Of a stretch of 64,000 bases of DNA, positions 47,611 through 62,315 are shown piece by piece; within the stretch, counting starts at the first letter, position 1; each line of letters starts with the position of its first letter. The notes under the pieces are model-generated. The model was not told the DNA's origin. It made no database searches and was given only the letters and a program-made list of their open reading frames with translations. A program made the position numbers and the translations under genes. This DNA comes from Ostrea edulis (lineage: Eukaryota): the NCBI RefSeq assembly GCF_947568905.1, contig NC_079165.1, forward strand, positions 83,576,001-83,640,000, read 5' to 3'.

Positions 47611-47898
47611 AGGGCGACTTCGGTTCATACCCGAGTTAGTAAGGTAGATATTCCAATGTTCTTTCTTACTCCCATGTATAATACTCCAGCCAATCACACC
47701 CATTGTTAGAAAACTGACACATGCGCAGTATTATTCCAAGACTGACATATTGCTACCACACTACCCCTCATAGAAGGCAGGGTTAGTTGAGTAGAGTTCA
47801 AATGTCAAAAATACGTCATATAAGAGTTGAAACTCTCTCCGTTCGGAAGCAACTCGGGTAGCCCGAGTTCGTACACCGGTACGAACCGAAGTCGCCCT
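47611..47898. mobile_element. 288-bp MITE
   Basis: Perfect 16-bp TIR AGGGCGACTTCGGTTC; TSD not resolved. Confidence 0.7.
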
Positions 47899-49828
47899 AA
47901 CTGTAGTTAAAGACTGTAGACATCGGTTTTAGATATTTTGTACATATACATATATTTACTTGCTTGTAGAATTAATTTGCATTTTTGATTTGTTCAAGTG
48001 CAATGTCACCCCTTTACCCACACCACTCAGACACATTGGGTAAATTTTGTTTTTAATTTCCAACTAATATTCCTGTAATGTTACATTCCAGGTGAAATTA
48101 TTCCCAAACTATCATCATGTTTTTGTGCATTTTAAGTACTTGGTATGTTTTGATCTCCTTCAGCAGACCTCCAGCGTGCGTCTTGCCCATGTGTTCATGT
48201 CAGATTTGATTTAAACCACATTTCTTGACAAATGTTTGATTTTTTATCAATGTTGTGGGAATGATGCCCTGCAATAAGATCTGGGATCAATTGATTTAAA
48301 ATCTGATAGGTCATAGTTACTTTTGGGGGTTGTAGAATGGACCTACTGTGCATAACTTTTTTTTGGAATCGCATCATTTTGTGTGTGTTTAAATGGCATT
48401 GTTTTGTGAAAGTTTGTGATAGGGTATTAATTATATTAGTATGTTTTCTCTGGGCAAGGCATACAAAGCAGAAATATTTTATCAAAATTCATTGCCTTTG
48501 ATTTTTGTTCCTGTGATAATATTTGGAAAACAGCCATGACCAGCTCCTTAGATTTTTACATGACAGAATATCTCAACTTGTTATAGTATTACAATATTCT
48601 GCTAGTATTTTTCCATGTGTTCATTGCACACAGTGTGATCTGATTTTCTAATTTCTGCATCCGTTTTACCATCCACTGAAATTGATGATATCACGATGCG
48701 TCAAAACATTTTTGTGGAAATTGACCTGTCTCCTCACACAGCTGCATACTCAAAAACAAATTTTTTTTGTCTTTTTGATAGTAATTCATGTATTTACATT
48801 GATGTATAATAAATTTATTAATACTCCAGTAACTTGATTGGAGGAGTTGAATCCCATCTCATAGATAGAAACAGCAGATTATTTGCACTTGCCAATGAGA
48901 GGTGATCCGAATGTCAACGAGAGGTGATCCGAATGTTCACATCAAGTTACTATAGTAATGATACAATATTTATACCTCATTTTCTGTAATTGATTTATCA
49001 TTGTGATACTTATTTAGATATTGTTAACATTTCCAGATAAGGCATTCTGTTTAAATTATGCATATCATTTCAATATATATTTATTCATTTGTTACCCATT
49101 GTACCTGCTAGTAGAGTTGTCTCTCTTTGTTAGTAAATGTGATAGTCTTCTGTGGACCAGAAATATTATTTGTCATAGGACATTTATTTATGAAAAATAA
49201 ATTGTTTAATTTGACTTAGAATAATTCTTTGGTTGTTTGTGCTCTATTTCCATGCAATATTTCTGGAATTATCTGAATCCATTGTGCTCTATTTCGATGC
49301 GATATTTCTGTAATTATTACAGAGGCTGAATCCATTGTGTTCTGTAACTCTCTGACCCGAGGTCTGTCCTAATATTTTCTCAGAGATCTACAGATCTACA
49401 TATTTGTTGTGTTCCCTACAAAGTACAGGACTTTTATTAATTTGATTTAAGGACTGTGTGACATTTCTCATTAATATATAATTTTTCGTGACTTTTCATT
49501 TTATTCACTTGTATTCTATCTCATTTGTACAATTTGAGAAATGTCACATATGTCCTTAAATCAAATGAATAAAAGTCCTTTTACTGATTTGATTCAAACA
49601 ATACCAGGATTTCCCCCATTTCATTTTTGCCTATTATATCGCCTTTTTCCTGAGTGGATGAATTCAAGACTGGGCAAATATAAAGTTACTCATTGCTTTT
49701 AAGTAGTAATATTATGGATTCAAAGTCTGAATGAGACTCAGTTGTTTGTAAATGCATTTGGGTGAACCCTTCCTGATTTACAATACTTCTTGGACAGGGC
49801 AGAAGACTGGCTATATACATGGAGTTCC

Positions 49829-50252
49829 TTTAGTCCTGTGAATGTTTCAGAACACCCAGTTCTGTATGAAGTGACCAATCACTTTAGTCCTGTGTATGTT
49901 TCAGAACATCCTGTTCTGTATGAAGTGACCGATCGCTTTAGTCCTGTGAATGTTTCAGAACACCCTGTTCTGTATGAAGTGACCGATCACTTTAGTCCTG
50001 TGAATGTTTCAGAACACCCTGTTCTGTATGAAGTGACCAATCGCTTTAGTCCTGTGTATGTTTCAGAACACCCTGTTCTGTATGAAGTGACCGATCGCTT
50101 AAGTCCTGTGAATGTTTCAGAACACCCTGTTCTGTATGAAGTGACCAATCGCTTTAGTCCTGTGTATGTTTCAGAACACCCTGTTCTGTATGAAGTGACC
50201 AATCGCTTTAGTCCTGTGAATGTTTTAGAACACCCTGTTCTGTATGAAGTGA
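49829..50252. repeat. 54-bp minisatellite, about 8 copies
   Basis: TTTAGTCCTGTG(A/T)ATGTTTCAGAACACCCTGTTCTGTATGAAGTGACC(A/G)ATC(G/A)C. Confidence 0.97.
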
Positions 50253-51379
50253 TGTCTCTTACATTCTTCACAAGCCAAGTTTTATTAGTCCTCTCACTCT
50301 CCCCTTCACTCGAGTGGACAGTCTCTTATATTTGGATGGCCGGTACTTCTCCCAGTCCAGCTTACCTAGTGGCCAGTTATGAGAAGGTTTGAATTTGAGG
50401 TAGAAAACAATGATTATTCCCTAAACTGTTACATTGCAAACCTGGAGAGTGTTCCTCAACAACTCTGAAGTTTAGACATAAGATACATATGTGTGTGTGT
50501 GGCAACAGTTTCAGCTTTAAAGGAAGATTGTCCTTAATCTTAGTGGTGCATTCAGTGCATCGTTATGGGAAATTATGACTTCCTAATGTTAAGATTACCA
50601 ACATCTGGAATTATGACATGCTTATTTTCACTATCGGGTCAGCAGTTTTTCAGAAGGTGTATCTTTTCAGGGTGTAGATACTATGTATTAGGTGACAGTT
50701 GTGCCTGCCAGGCTAGGGTCAAATTTAATACATGATATCATTGTCAACTGAATATCAAAGTTTTTATCAAGATAAGTTTGTGACCGTAATTTTTAAAAAA
50801 AATAATTTTCTTGAAAGAAACCACTTTGAAAGTATCTAATTTTTGTGCATTTAGTCAGTTTTGCTACTTGGAAGAATTTATTTGAGGTTTGGAAATGACC
50901 TAGAACGATTTTTCAGGGGAGGGGGGGGGGGTAGATGGCACACCTTTAGATAAGCATCATGCCTTGCCAGAGTCCAATATCTAGTTCTGAAAAATTATGT
51001 GACAAATGAACATGACCAGACAAATCCATCATTTTTATTTTGGCCTTTAGATAATGTGTTATGATGAATGGAACCACAGGCGTTAATTAATTTTGTTTTA
51101 ATTTACCGCAAACAGCCATGTAGAGATCTTGCACATTTTCTATGGATTTTAAGGTGTAAAGGTTTAATGTTCCACTGACAGCCACAGGTATTGTCAGTCT
51201 GCTGATGATATTATCTGTTCACACCAATGCACAGATTTTAAGAGGAGATTTAATTTTTATTGGCCCACTAGATGGGTCATGTGATCACAACATTAAGTCA
51301 TGTGACCCACTTAAAGCCATGTGGTGTAGATGGGTGATGTTTAAAATGACAGTTATGTGAAGGAACAACAGAGAAGTAA

Positions 51380-51687
51380 ATGCGTAATAATGAAACAGAT
51401 ATGGAGGTGAATGATGAGAAATCCAAGATGGCAGGTAATGGAAAATACATAAAAATTCCCGAGAAATATGTGATTTGTGTTTTAACAGTTTGTGCATCAT
51501 GTGTATGTTATTTGAATTCATTAAATGGAGATTTTGTGCATGATGACTTGTATGCCATCCAAAACAATGGAGATGTCAATGGGAGAAATCCGACCTGGTC
51601 CTTTCTGAAGAATGACTTTTGGGGAAAGTCCATTGCCGATCCGAGGAGTCACAAATCCTACAGGCCTGTCACTGTCCTCAGTTTTCG
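51380..51687 (+). CDS. TMTC1: TMTC1 coding exon 1
   Basis: ORF 51380..51691; phase-2 donor GTAAGT at 51688. Confidence 0.9.
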
Positions 51688-54600
51688 GTAAGTCAACTGT
51701 CACACAATTAATTGCAAACAAAAATGAGGGTAAAAGAATGTGTTAATGTTTTTTTTATGAGCAGAGTAGTGAAATGTAGATAATGTACAGGGGTTAATTA
51801 CAGGTAATGGGATGACGAGGGAAGTCGCCTTAATCGACTGGAAATGAATGGTTACATTCCAAAAACGTGTTGGACAGTTAATGGTCCATCTAGTAGACTG
51901 TTACAGTAAAAAAGAAGTCTGCTATCTTAGGGCAACAGGAGAAAAACTGGGGAAAATTGATTCTCCTGCAACAATCCTGATTCAGATAAAATAGCATTAA
52001 TGTCCTGTGTGCGTGGGTTTTTCTCATTGAGGCTAGTGGTGTGGATGCTTCTATGGATTTCATTTTCGTTGGTAGAATCTTGGGTGTTTCATTCTTTCTC
52101 TGCAGGAGTTATGTGATTGATTATTTTGAGAATTTTGATATCTGAGGATTGTCGTCTAGAAGACACACAAAACATAGTCAGGAGATATTGTTCTTTTGTT
52201 AAGAATGTTACATAATAAGGAATTTAAGAAGATTTGTCTCAGGGCCGATTCTATGGGCTGTGACCTTAATAGCATTAAAGTTTTACTAAAGAATTGACTA
52301 ATGTCTTGATAACAAGGTGTTTTACTGTCATTCAAGAAGTAAATCCCTAAAACAAAATGTCAACAGATCTGAAATATCAACAATACATGATCCATTTTAA
52401 AAAAAAAAAAATCATGTTCACTATGAAAATTTACACTGAAATAAGGGTTATGCTTACCTAAGTATTTTAAGAAGGAAAATTGATATCCTGACAGTAAAAT
52501 AACAATTTTCATTTTTTTAATTCATTAGGCACAGAGCTGAAAATTATTTTCACTATTTAAAAAAAATGGGATTTGCATGAGTGGTATTAATTGCTATTGG
52601 ATCATTATTTCACTATAAATCTGAAAATTTACTGCTACTTTTAAATTCTTATCTGCTAGAAATCTGATTGTATGTTGATGTTTTACGTGGTTAAAAACAT
52701 AAATCAGGGTAAAATTTAAAAGATTTTCAAAAAAATCCTTTCAAGATCAGGAGACCATTGAGTACGTCCTCAGTGTATAATGATCTCGGCAGAACAAAGT
52801 GATCTCAGCAACGTTTTATTAAGTGTTCTCTCAGTCCATTCTAACAAGAGGGTTTTGCTCCATCAACCCTATAGTGTCATAAAAACAAACCTTTCATTGA
52901 AATTTAGATGTAGCAAAATATTTTCTTTTAATCACATCAAAATCCGGAGGCCACTAAGCTGAAGTTGTTAAACTTTTTGAAAATGTATGTCGCCTAGTTT
53001 TATGTACAAGTTAATAGATTCTCTGCAACATGCTAATTAATTCAAAGTTCCTTGAGAGCCATAAACAGACTTAGGGAAGATATACAATATAGTTTTCCTT
53101 TGAACTTGACTGAGTTAATTAAAGCAGCGTTTAAATGCCTTCAAATAACTAGATCAGTTCATTTGAAATTGATAGTCATCTAGCTCTGATCGTCATCAAC
53201 ACGGACAAAGTGACATTAGGCAGACAATTGTGATAATAGGATTTCATAATCTTTAAACTGGTCAGTCAGTGATATGCACTGATCAATGATATAATTGAGA
53301 TTCAATGACATATATATACTAGTATCTAAAGTTTGTGAAGCTTGGCAGAGTCATAGAATATTACTTTGACTGCATGTTCCTGAAGGCCACTGCAGGTGTG
53401 CCAAAATCCCATTAGAAAGTTTTCCAATGTCATTTTTTTGTGACTAAGAAAATCTCCCTGTATTGATAATTCATAATTCCTGTTCAAAAACCTGTGAAAT
53501 CTCCACGATTAGAAACCTTTAGTAGTGGCAGATCCAACAAAAATTCAAAGGGGAAAGAGGGGGGGGGGGGGGGGATATAGGAACTTTTATGTTTTAAAAA
53601 CTTTCAACCAATGGCATGTGTGTTGCAATTTCATAACCCACTTTAGATGCAACGCTACTTTAGAATCTATTGAACAACCCAAAAAATAATTATTAGTCAT
53701 GCTAGTCATAGGAACTTTTATGTTTTAAAAACTTTCAACCAATGGCATGTGTGTTGCAATTTCATAACCCACTTTAGATGCAACGCTACTTTAGAATCTA
53801 TTGAACAACCCAAAAAATAATTATTAGTCATGCTAATTTTGAATTTACCATTTTAATTTTAGTCCAATGTTGGAGAAATGAAATCAGAGTGTAATTTCAC
53901 CTCAAAGGCATGTACCGGTGAATATATATACATATATGTAACATTCTATTTTTGTGGTATGCTGGATCTTGACCATTCTGGGTTTTTTTGTGGTATACTG
54001 GATCTTGGCCATTCAGAAAGCTCAGAATTATCCAATCATATAATGAAGTGCATTATAGCCCAAAATGGGATTTACTATATTCTTTTCATAGCACTGAGTA
54101 TATATTCATTCATAAATCCCAGGCCTTCACTATGACTGCGGGTTTCTTACAAACAAGTTTGACTGTATTAGTTAGGGTTTATGAATGCAGTAACTTAACA
54201 GAAGTACCTGTATCCTAGTACAACTATGTATTACTTGGAAATGAAAAAACAAATCATTGATAATGAAATATTTTGGATCAAAGAAAGCAATTACAACATG
54301 ATTTACAGGTGGTATAAACCTCACTCATTGTATTCTACTAAACATGACATATGTTCCTCAGCACCCTGGAGTTGTACACCAAGGTTAGTTAAAATAAACG
54401 TCTGTTAAAATTAACTAACTTTTGTGCAGCCAGGTCCAGTATTTCTGGGTGTGGGTCTTTTGAGTTTTGTAGCAAAATCCTATCTTCTTATTCTGTTACT
54501 ATGAGGCATCAGTGATTTTGATATTTGATAAATTTAATGTGTTTTGTACCAGAATTTACCGTCTCCAGTGATGTCCCCATGTGAAATCTAATACAATGAC

Positions 54601-57600
54601 TTACTCCTGGACAAATACACTGCTACTGGTAATGTAGATGATAAATCTTAAATGTCACTCAAGATGTTCTCCCTAGATGTTCCTTAATGCGTTAGGCATG
54701 GGATTTTACTGAGTGGTAAACTCCTCTGTATTAGGACATCCTTCTCTATGAATTTTTATGTATACTTTAAATCTTAAAAATCAATTGTCCCAATTATAGC
54801 AATCATTTTCACAAAGTTCTCAGATCTGCCAGTTTTTAATTCATGAGAAAATGATTTTCCAACCACCTTCAAATCATTTCTCCAAATTACAAGGTTATTA
54901 ATGTCGTAACTTTAAATTAGTTCTCAAAAAAGTTAGAAATTTGAATGTGGGGATAAATTTAGTAGTGCAATTCAATATTGTGATATTGAAGTCAGTGTTT
55001 GCATTTGTTACATTTGTTGTGTTGTATTGCATTGGATGTTATTGGTATGCATTTTCATTTGTCAGACTAGCTAGGGCAGAATAAAACATTATGCAATAAG
55101 TTAACATGCTGATCAAAATGCAGATTAAACTATTTAGCGATCCTTTTTGTATGGGGCTTTGTTAATTTCTTTACAGCTAGATATAATCAACTTCATTATC
55201 AGAGTTTTCCGCAACTTCAATAGAGAGAAGAAAGAGTAAAGAACAATTGAAGAACGGTTGTGTTACAAGGGTTCAAACCAACATGTCAGATCCTTGTGTA
55301 AGGTTTTTTTTATCACAAACAAAATCATTACAATTATAATCTGGGGAATCATTGTGAGAAATAGAAAACAGGGACATTTATTCATGTGTAATGGTTGCCT
55401 CTGTTTAATGGTAAAAAAAAGTATCAATTGCAGTATATGTCTCTGGTTAATTTGCAGAAGTTTTCCTGGTTTTTCATCGTCTACATTGTCTTTAGTTACT
55501 TTGTGAAATTTTTCCTAGGTTTTCATCGACTACAATGTCTGGTTATTTTGTAGAAGTTTTTTTATGTTTTTCATTGACTTACATTGTCATTGGTTACTTT
55601 GTGAAAGTTTTCCTAGTTTTGCATGGACTACGAATTCTCTGGTTAATCATATGTAGAAGTTTTTCTGGTTCTGCAATTTGTGGAAGTCTCTGGTTAATTT
55701 ACGAAAGTTTTTTTTAGTTTTCCATAGACTACAATTTTTTAATTGACTCTATACAGACTTGATCTATTAATGATTGTACAAATTTTATTTGGTTAATTGA
55801 TTTTGTGGACCATCATCAATAATTCATTGACCTGATATAAGTTTACATTCAGCAGACAATGGTGTATGATTGACATGTGTCTGCCTCTCACTAATTAATT
55901 CCTGAGAATACACACCAAGGAGATTATTAAAAGCCTAGCAGCCTTCCCTGTAAAATGTACAGGTGTAATGGTTTTAAATACTACTCCAAAGCAATGGTCA
56001 TTAGATTTATTCATGTCAGGGCTAATTTTTAAAAGAATATTTAGTTTCTCGCTGTTGGGTCAGCAGTTAGATATCTTGACCGATGTAGCTGCCTGCCACA
56101 GAATACAAGTGGTAAATCAAAAGATCGATATTGGATAGAAATCTAAATTCAAGTACTTTGGAGGGAGGGGGAAACAAAAGTTCCATGATTTAAGTTTCTG
56201 TCCTCCAACATTGATTACATAATTTTTTGGTGATAAATTATCTTCTTTAACGTATACATTCAGTGACAGTTAAAGACTAACACGTTCATTTGTGAATATA
56301 AACAATAGAAAATGTTTAGAGTGCTACTACTTGTACTTGATAATGAGTTTGGATCAACATTCATCATCTCTAGTTTTAAGAGGGTGGGTGTGGGTTGATG
56401 AAAACTATATAAATCTAAAAAAATTTGTCAGACATTGAACTTTTGATCTTTCCTTATGAAGGCTGATGGAGTCTCCTTGATTTATCAATAGTGTACAGTA
56501 GTTTAAAACTGCAACATGTCATCAATGGAAACTCAAGACTTATGTAGCAACTTTGAGTGAAAAAAGAACTATACCATATGAGACAGTACTTTTACATTAA
56601 AATATCTGCCACCTTCTGTTTAGTAGAATTCTATTTGCTGTGTCTTTTTCTTTTTCTTGCCTCAGGGTAAATATTGAGATATTCAAAAATTCATGCATTT
56701 CTCTAATCAATCTCTTTTGAGATTTTGTACACAATCTTTGTTTGAATTAGACCAATTCACTTCATGAGAGCTCATCCAGACATTGTAGTCCTCTATAGCC
56801 ATACTTTTATTATGCAATGTTAGATTGTTTAGCTATTGCACAGTCCATAATGTAGACCTGTGCATTTAGAATAAAACAAAAATGTACCTAAAATGTTTAT
56901 GTCTCTATGAGAGGAATCAAAATAGAAATTAAATAGAAGACATGCAGGTTTGAGAGGAATATTTAGAGATGGATCCCAGCAATCTTGGTAGAATGAATTT
57001 TTTTACTCAAATTCTATATATGCATCAAGGAGGCATTATGATTGAATTTCTTTTTGAAACATGAATGAAAATATGAATATCAGCAATACTTGTATAATCC
57101 TATTAAATCAATCGCCTAGCTGGGTAGCTCAGTAGGTGAACGTGTTGACTGCTGATCTTTAGTTCATGCATTTGAGTTTAGCAAAGGTTTTAGTATTTTA
57201 TCCCCCAGATTTCAAGTTTCTACTAAAACTACACTTTTTAACTAAATAAGGTAAATTTGAAAATTTTCAATTTTTGAATATTATTACATACAAGTAGATA
57301 TCGCCCACCTTCCATCCATAATCGGATTTCTCTGGTGTGTTATTCCTCCTTAATGTCCCCAGTCTGTATGTGTCGAAAAATAATCTAAGAAAGGTATGAT
57401 TCTTATTGGTAAGGAATTGATATTTATAAATATGAGACACCAATTCTGTGATCATGCAGTATGTGTTTCTTTGATGTGACGTGATAAGAAAAAAGACACC
57501 TATAATAGAGGTCGAAGGTCAGGGTCACAGTAACATTTGCAATGACTTCAATATTTTCAAACTTCTAAAAAAAATTAATTCAGTGAACAGTGGATGGTGG

Positions 57601-57966
57601 TCAGGAAAGGCACCTATAGACTTTGAGGTGACAAGGTCAAAGGTGAAGGTCACTATGATATGAACCTCCTGTGGGGCACTTTTTGAATTCTCAAGCATTA
57701 ACTTTAGAGCCATTTTGTTTTTGTAAAGTTCATGCCTGTATTTATAGTAATTGGAAGACACTAGAGGTTGTATTTCTTATCCTTGCAGGATCAACTACCA
57801 CTTTGGTCAGGGTTCTCCCTACGGTTTCCATGTCGTGAACGTCTGCCTCCACGCTTTGATGACTGTACTGTTCACGTATGTCTGCCAAACAACTATACGC
57901 TTGCCGGCCCAGTGTTGTCTGATATCTGGTCTGCTGTTTGCTGTCCATCCCATTCACACAGAGGCT
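51380..57966 (+). CDS. TMTC1: TMTC1-like protein O-mannosyltransferase, 5' part (2 coding exons; continues beyond window)
   Basis: Join of 51380-51687 and 57789-57966. Motifs NSLNGDFVHDD, NDFWG, SHKSYRP, FHVVNVCLH and LLFAVHPIHTEA are TMTC hallmarks; FVHDD resembles TMTC1. An in-frame TAA lies immediately before the ATG. Confidence 0.9.
53577..53835. repeat. Near-perfect direct duplication, 131-bp period
   Basis: ATAGGAACTTTTATG...TAGTCATGCTA at 53577 and 53708. Confidence 0.9.
55441..55740. repeat. Degenerate 45-50-bp tandem repeat
   Basis: Recurring TCTGGTTA.TT...AGAAGTTTT...GTTTTTCAT.GACTACA. Confidence 0.7.
57789..57966 (+). CDS. TMTC1: TMTC1 coding exon 2 (INYHFG...AVHPIHTEA)
   Basis: ttgcag/GTAAGT, phase 2-0. 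Confidence 0.95.
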
Positions 57967-60814
57967 GTAAGTAACCTTACACTAGTCTGATATTATTAGT
58001 TATGTAGACACCTAGAGGAGTAATACAGAAATATATGGGGTCCTTGCAAAAAATTATATTATGCCTCGCCCAATTTGTTTTCTTCCGAGGACCACATAAT
58101 ATGTTTCCATATTACCCCTCTTAGTTTCTACATAGTAACGAATTTATCATATTGATGATTGTATGTATTATAACACTGATTAATTGCATATTGACATTAT
58201 TCATTCTTGATGCTTTATTAAATGTACAACAATGATAAATGACTGCAACATATGTAATCTTGAGATACTTTATCAAATGTACAACAATGAAAAAATGGCT
58301 TCAACATTTAAACCAACAACAACTCATGAACTGAATAAAAACAAGTTTTTCAACAAACATAAATTCACTTCAAAATGTTCTTACCTCTGACGGCATAATA
58401 TGGGCTGACTATAAGTTCTATAGCACACTTGATTCTGATGAAATTCAGTCAAATCGAACTAAGCCAGGTATACCCGGTGACGCACTAAGAATCAAGTGAC
58501 CCGGCTACAGTACAGTAATGAAATTATTGACCTTCTATTGTATAATCATTATTCGGCATAGAAATGACCAACGTATTTACAAATCATGTTTATTTCACCA
58601 GTGTAAACATTAAAAACATATAATGTCTTAAAATAAGCAACTCTCGATTTTACTGTCTCCATGGATGCCAGCTTGAAGCTGCCTTTTCCTATCGAAATTT
58701 TTAGGCTTAATCGTTTTACCCGGCAGGATGAGTGTGCAATTCCGGCTCACAATCAAGTGTGTCGCTGGTCATCGTTGGTTAACCTGAGTACACCGGATCG
58801 TTTGAATCAAGTATGCTACATGTGACAGGGTATACATATTTTCATGACGTCATAGTACACATTTGTGGTCAGTAGGGCATATTGGCAATATTAGGGTAGT
58901 AAGAGGCATAATATCGTATATAGCATCAGTTGATTACACAACCCTATACCGGTCGGTCCAGTGTTGTCTGACAGGGGCGCATTTTACAATAGAACTTACG
59001 ACCAACTTTACATACTGGAATTTTCCAGTTTATTGTAAGATTCATTCACTCCAAATGCAAAATAGTTTTTTTTTTTAAAAATGTTGAAAATTAAGCCTCA
59101 GAAAAGTTTGACTTTATTCATTCAAAGTAACTAATACAATTTAAGACTGACTATTTTGTTGTAAGTTGTTTTGTAAAACAGGCCCCTGGTCTATACTGTT
59201 TGTTATTTGTTCACACAACTTTATATTGGATAGCCCAGCATTGTCTGATGAAGGGTCACATAAACTCTCATCTTTATGAAATAAAAAAAACACAATTGAG
59301 AATTTGAAGATAATATACTAGCTGGCAATGGATCACCTGAAATGTGAAGATGAGAGTGGATGATATGATTTAGAAAAAAACCCAGAAAAAAGGTAGAAGG
59401 ATGTTTCATGATGTTTTGATTACATTTAGCTTTTAATCAATGGAGGGGAATTAAATTTTTCTTAGATGTTCATTTCAATGATATGAAAATTTAAAGTAAA
59501 TTTGAAACTATGTAAACATCCAGTATTTGATTATCTTTTACTGATATCTACTAGAAACACAATCATATTGTTGAACCATGAATTTAAAGTTTGCAGCATG
59601 AAATTAAAAATAAATAGAAGAACAGAAAACATGGTGTATCTTGAATAAAAAATGTTTTTGATGGGATTTTCCTTCTAGACTTACACGGTTTTCTTTGACT
59701 TTTTCTTTTTAAGTATAAGCAGAATATATCTTATTTTATTTACTGTATTTTCATGGCAGTTCAATTTCATTCGGTTTTGATGCACAGGACAGGTGTGTTT
59801 TCCTGATCCACATATTAGTTCGCAAAATCTACCTCAGTCCTTAAGGGTCAACGCTCACCGAATGTTAATGTATCCTTATGGGGTAAATAGCCTGGCCTTG
59901 ATTTATCACTATAAATATTTATGATTTCTCTGTGTAATCCCCTTTACAATGAATGAAGCCGCTGATGAGTTCTAATGCCTAGTTAATGCATTCATAGGTT
60001 CGTTTTGTATAGGAAGACTGGCCTGAAAGCTTTTATGTGAACTGCAGTGAAATTGAAAGTGATGGTTTTAATTTTATGCTCGTTCATTGTGGGATACTGA
60101 TGGTTTCCCCTCACAACTCAATGCATCTTTTTGCTCAATTTTAAAATTTTCCTTTTAATATATGCTTGACACTATTAACACAGGGGCATGGCGATGGAAA
60201 GTGAAATGTACCTAATTTAACATGCTAAGAAAATGAAAGAAATTCATGAATTGGAAATGCCTCTTATTGTATCACATATGTGCTGTCACAATTTCAAAAT
60301 GCATCTAATTTGAAATTGAAGTCCATTAAAAATATTGGGATATGTCTTGCATGCAAAAGTTCAAATACTGTTAAAATTTGCCCAATGATTTGTATAGTTT
60401 AATTGCCTTTTGGATCAGAAGTTATAAGCAATGATCTTTGTTGCAGAAATGATCATGAAAAATGAAAATTCTGTTTAGGAATAAAAACTCCAAAAGATAT
60501 CTTGTCATGGACCAGTTATGCTATATAGAGAGTTGGATAATTCTAAGTGTGCCACATATATTTTGATTGTTATAGCATGGTATGATTGATTGATTGTCAT
60601 TCTAAGAGACAAATGAAACTGAAGACTTATGTGAACTTTTCTGATCAAGCTTTTTCTCCATCCCTATATATATCTGTTTGTCCATATGACTTTTTCAAAA
60701 CCTCCACCATGATGTCAACCTTACATTTGTTCAAATTATCCACTGGGACCAATTGCCGGGTTGGCCATATTGTTCTACAATATTTATAAACAAAGAATGT
60801 TTATGATGTGTAAG

Positions 60815-62315
60815 GATAGTGAGAATCCCTATGATGTCTAGAGATAGAGAATCCTTATGTTGTATAGAGATAGAGAATCCTTATGTTGTGTAGAGATAAT
60901 GAGAATCCTTATGTTGTGTAGAGATAGTGAGATTCCTTATGTTGTGTAGAGATAGTGAGATTCCTTATGTTGTGTAGAGATAGTGAGATTCCTTATGTTG
61001 TGTAGAAATAATGAGAGAATCCTTATGTTGTGTAGAGATAATGAGAAGCCTTATGTTGTGTAGAGATAATGAGAAGCCTTATGTTGTGTAGAAATAATGA
61101 GAGAATCCTTATGTTGCGTAGAGATAATGAGAATCATTATGTTGTGTAGAGATAGTGAGAAGCCTTATGTTGTGTAGATATAGTGAGATTCCTTATGTTG
61201 TGTAGAGATAATGAGAGAATCCTTATGTTGTGTAGAGATAATGAGAAGCCTTATGTTGTGTAGAGATATTGAGATTCCTTATGTTGTGTAGAGATAATGA
61301 GAATCCTTATGTTGTGTAGAGATAATGAGAGATTCCTTATGTTGTGTAGAGATAATGAGAAGCCTTATGTTGTGTAGAGATAGTGAGATTCCTTATGTTG
61401 TGTAGAGATAATGAGAAAATCCTTATGTTGTGTGGTGATAATGAGAGAATCCTTATGTTGTGTAGAGATAATGAGAAGCCTTGTGTAGTGTAGAGATAAT
61501 GAGAGAATCCTTATGTTGTGTAGAGATAATGAGAATCCTTATATTGTGTAGATATAGAGAATCCTTATGTTGTGTAGAGATAATGAGAATCCTTATGTTG
61601 TGTAGAGATAGTGAGATTCCTTATGTTGTGTAGAGATAGAGAATCATTATGTTGTGTAGAGATAATGAGAATCCTTATGTTGTGTAGAGATAGTGAGAAT
61701 CCTTATGTTGTGTAGATATAGTGAGAATCCTTATGTTGTGTAGAGATAGTGAGAATCCTTATGTTGTGTAGAGATAGTGAGAATCCTTATATTGTGTAGA
61801 GATAATGAGAATCCTTATGTTGTGTGGAGATAGAGAATCCTTATGTTGTGTAGAGATAGTGAATCTTTATGTTGTGTAGAGATAGATAATCCTTATGTTG
61901 TGTAGAGATAGAGAATCCATATGTTGTATGGAGATAGAGAGAATTTTTATGTTGTGTAGAGATAGTGAGAATCCTTATGTTGTGTAGAGATAGTGAGAAT
62001 CCTTATGTTGTGTAGAGATAGTGAGAATCAAGATAATGAGAATCCTTATGTTGTGTAGAGATAGTGAGAGAATCCTTATGTTGTGTAAAGATAGTGAGAT
62101 TCCTTATGTTGTGTAGAGATAATGAGATTCCTTATGTTGTGTAGAGATAATGAGAATCCTTATGTTGTGTAGAGATAGTGAGAATCTTTATGTTTTGTAG
62201 AGATAGAGATTCCTTATTTTGTGTGGAGATAATGAGAATCCTTATGTTGTGTAGAGATAATGAGAATCCTTATGTCGTGTAGAAATAGTGAGAATTTTTT
62301 ATGTTGTGTAGAGAT
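60815..62315. repeat. 1.5-kb minisatellite, 25-30-bp unit, roughly 50-55 copies
   Basis: GAGATA(A/G)TGAGA(A/T)TCCTTATGTTGTGTA with indel variants; lies in a TMTC1 intron. Confidence 0.97.

Noticed and set aside
49987-50271. Minus-strand ORF with GCSKTF repeats as a C2H2 zinc-finger array
   Set aside because: There is only one Cys per unit and no His pair; it is the reverse of the 54-bp repeat.
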